Source of the DNA: an uncultured archaeon
GTDB taxonomy: Archaea; Thermoproteota; Nitrososphaeria; Nitrososphaerales; Gagatemarchaeaceae
Direction of reading: 5' to 3'
Assembly (NCBI GenBank): GCA_963799775.1
Contig: CAWCYD010000003.1
Coordinates: 320,001 to 384,000, forward strand
DNA: 64,000 nucleotides
A program made the position numbers and the translations under genes. This document shows, piece after piece, positions 63,812 to 64,000 of this stretch (positions are counted from its first letter, which is position 1; each line of letters starts with the position of its first letter). Below the pieces are notes generated by a model. It had not been told where the DNA came from. It did no database searches and saw only the letters and a program-made list of their open reading frames with translations.

Positions 63812-64000
63812 ATGAAAGGGAAACCGAACAGGCTGGTTCAGATGGCACTAAGCTCCTTGCTTTTTGTATCGATGCTCGTTCTCATGGTCCCGCTGGCGAC
63901 AGTGTCTGCTCAGACGCAGATCATCACAGCTACACCAGGAACGATCAACCTTGGGCTGACCACCTCAATTGCGGTCACCGGTCCCGCCGCAGGCACCTAC
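63812..64000 (+). CDS. secreted protein, N-terminal part (runs off the window)
   Basis: MKGKPNRLVQMALSSLLFVSMLVLMVPLATVSAQTQ is a signal peptide with an AxA-like cleavage site. Confidence 0.75.
   Translation, partial: MKGKPNRLVQMALSSLLFVSMLVLMVPLATVSAQTQIITATPGTINLGLTTSIAVTGPAAGTY

Noticed and set aside
1-64000. CRISPR array, rRNA, SRP RNA or RNase P RNA
   Set aside because: No regularly spaced repeats or hallmark motifs were found in the intergenic regions examined by eye.

Overview
GC-rich archaeal chromosomal segment. The marker genes (RadA, archaeal-type SAM synthetase next to Lsm, eL13, RIO2, NFACT/Rqc2, TrmB, DUF35/thiolase, tandem cupredoxin) and TATA-box, largely leaderless promoters suggest a TACK archaeon, most plausibly a heterotrophic non-ammonia-oxidising Nitrososphaerota (inference). 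Many conserved genes are broken by single-base indels, the signature of an unpolished long-read assembly, so I joined the fragments and boundaries are approximate. Content: a methionine-synthase/MTHFR operon, guaB-guaA-adenosine deaminase, SOD, OGG and AlkA glycosylases, heme o/a synthesis genes, AsnRS, RadA and a RadB-like paralogue, a large S-layer-like protein, a ~15 kb acyl-CoA/beta-oxidation/ETF cluster, a ThiR-like locus, pyrF and pyrG. Not visible in the ORF track: (1) a tRNA-Tyr(GUA) gene split by three BHB-type introns (15871-16026); (2) a complete IS5/IS903-like element with 16-bp TIRs and a 9-bp TSD (14712-15778); (3) a 43-aa CxC small ORF; (4) a repeat-flanked low-GC gene next to a predicted structured RNA upstream of lsm. 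The best candidates for undescribed systems are the operon with three MetE-fold proteins (one MesA-like and fused to DUF4346) plus MTHFR, a VapB/RHH-ferredoxin fusion, and a pair of Cys-less thiolases with a DUF35 pair and an acetoacetate-CoA ligase. No CRISPR array or rRNA was seen.
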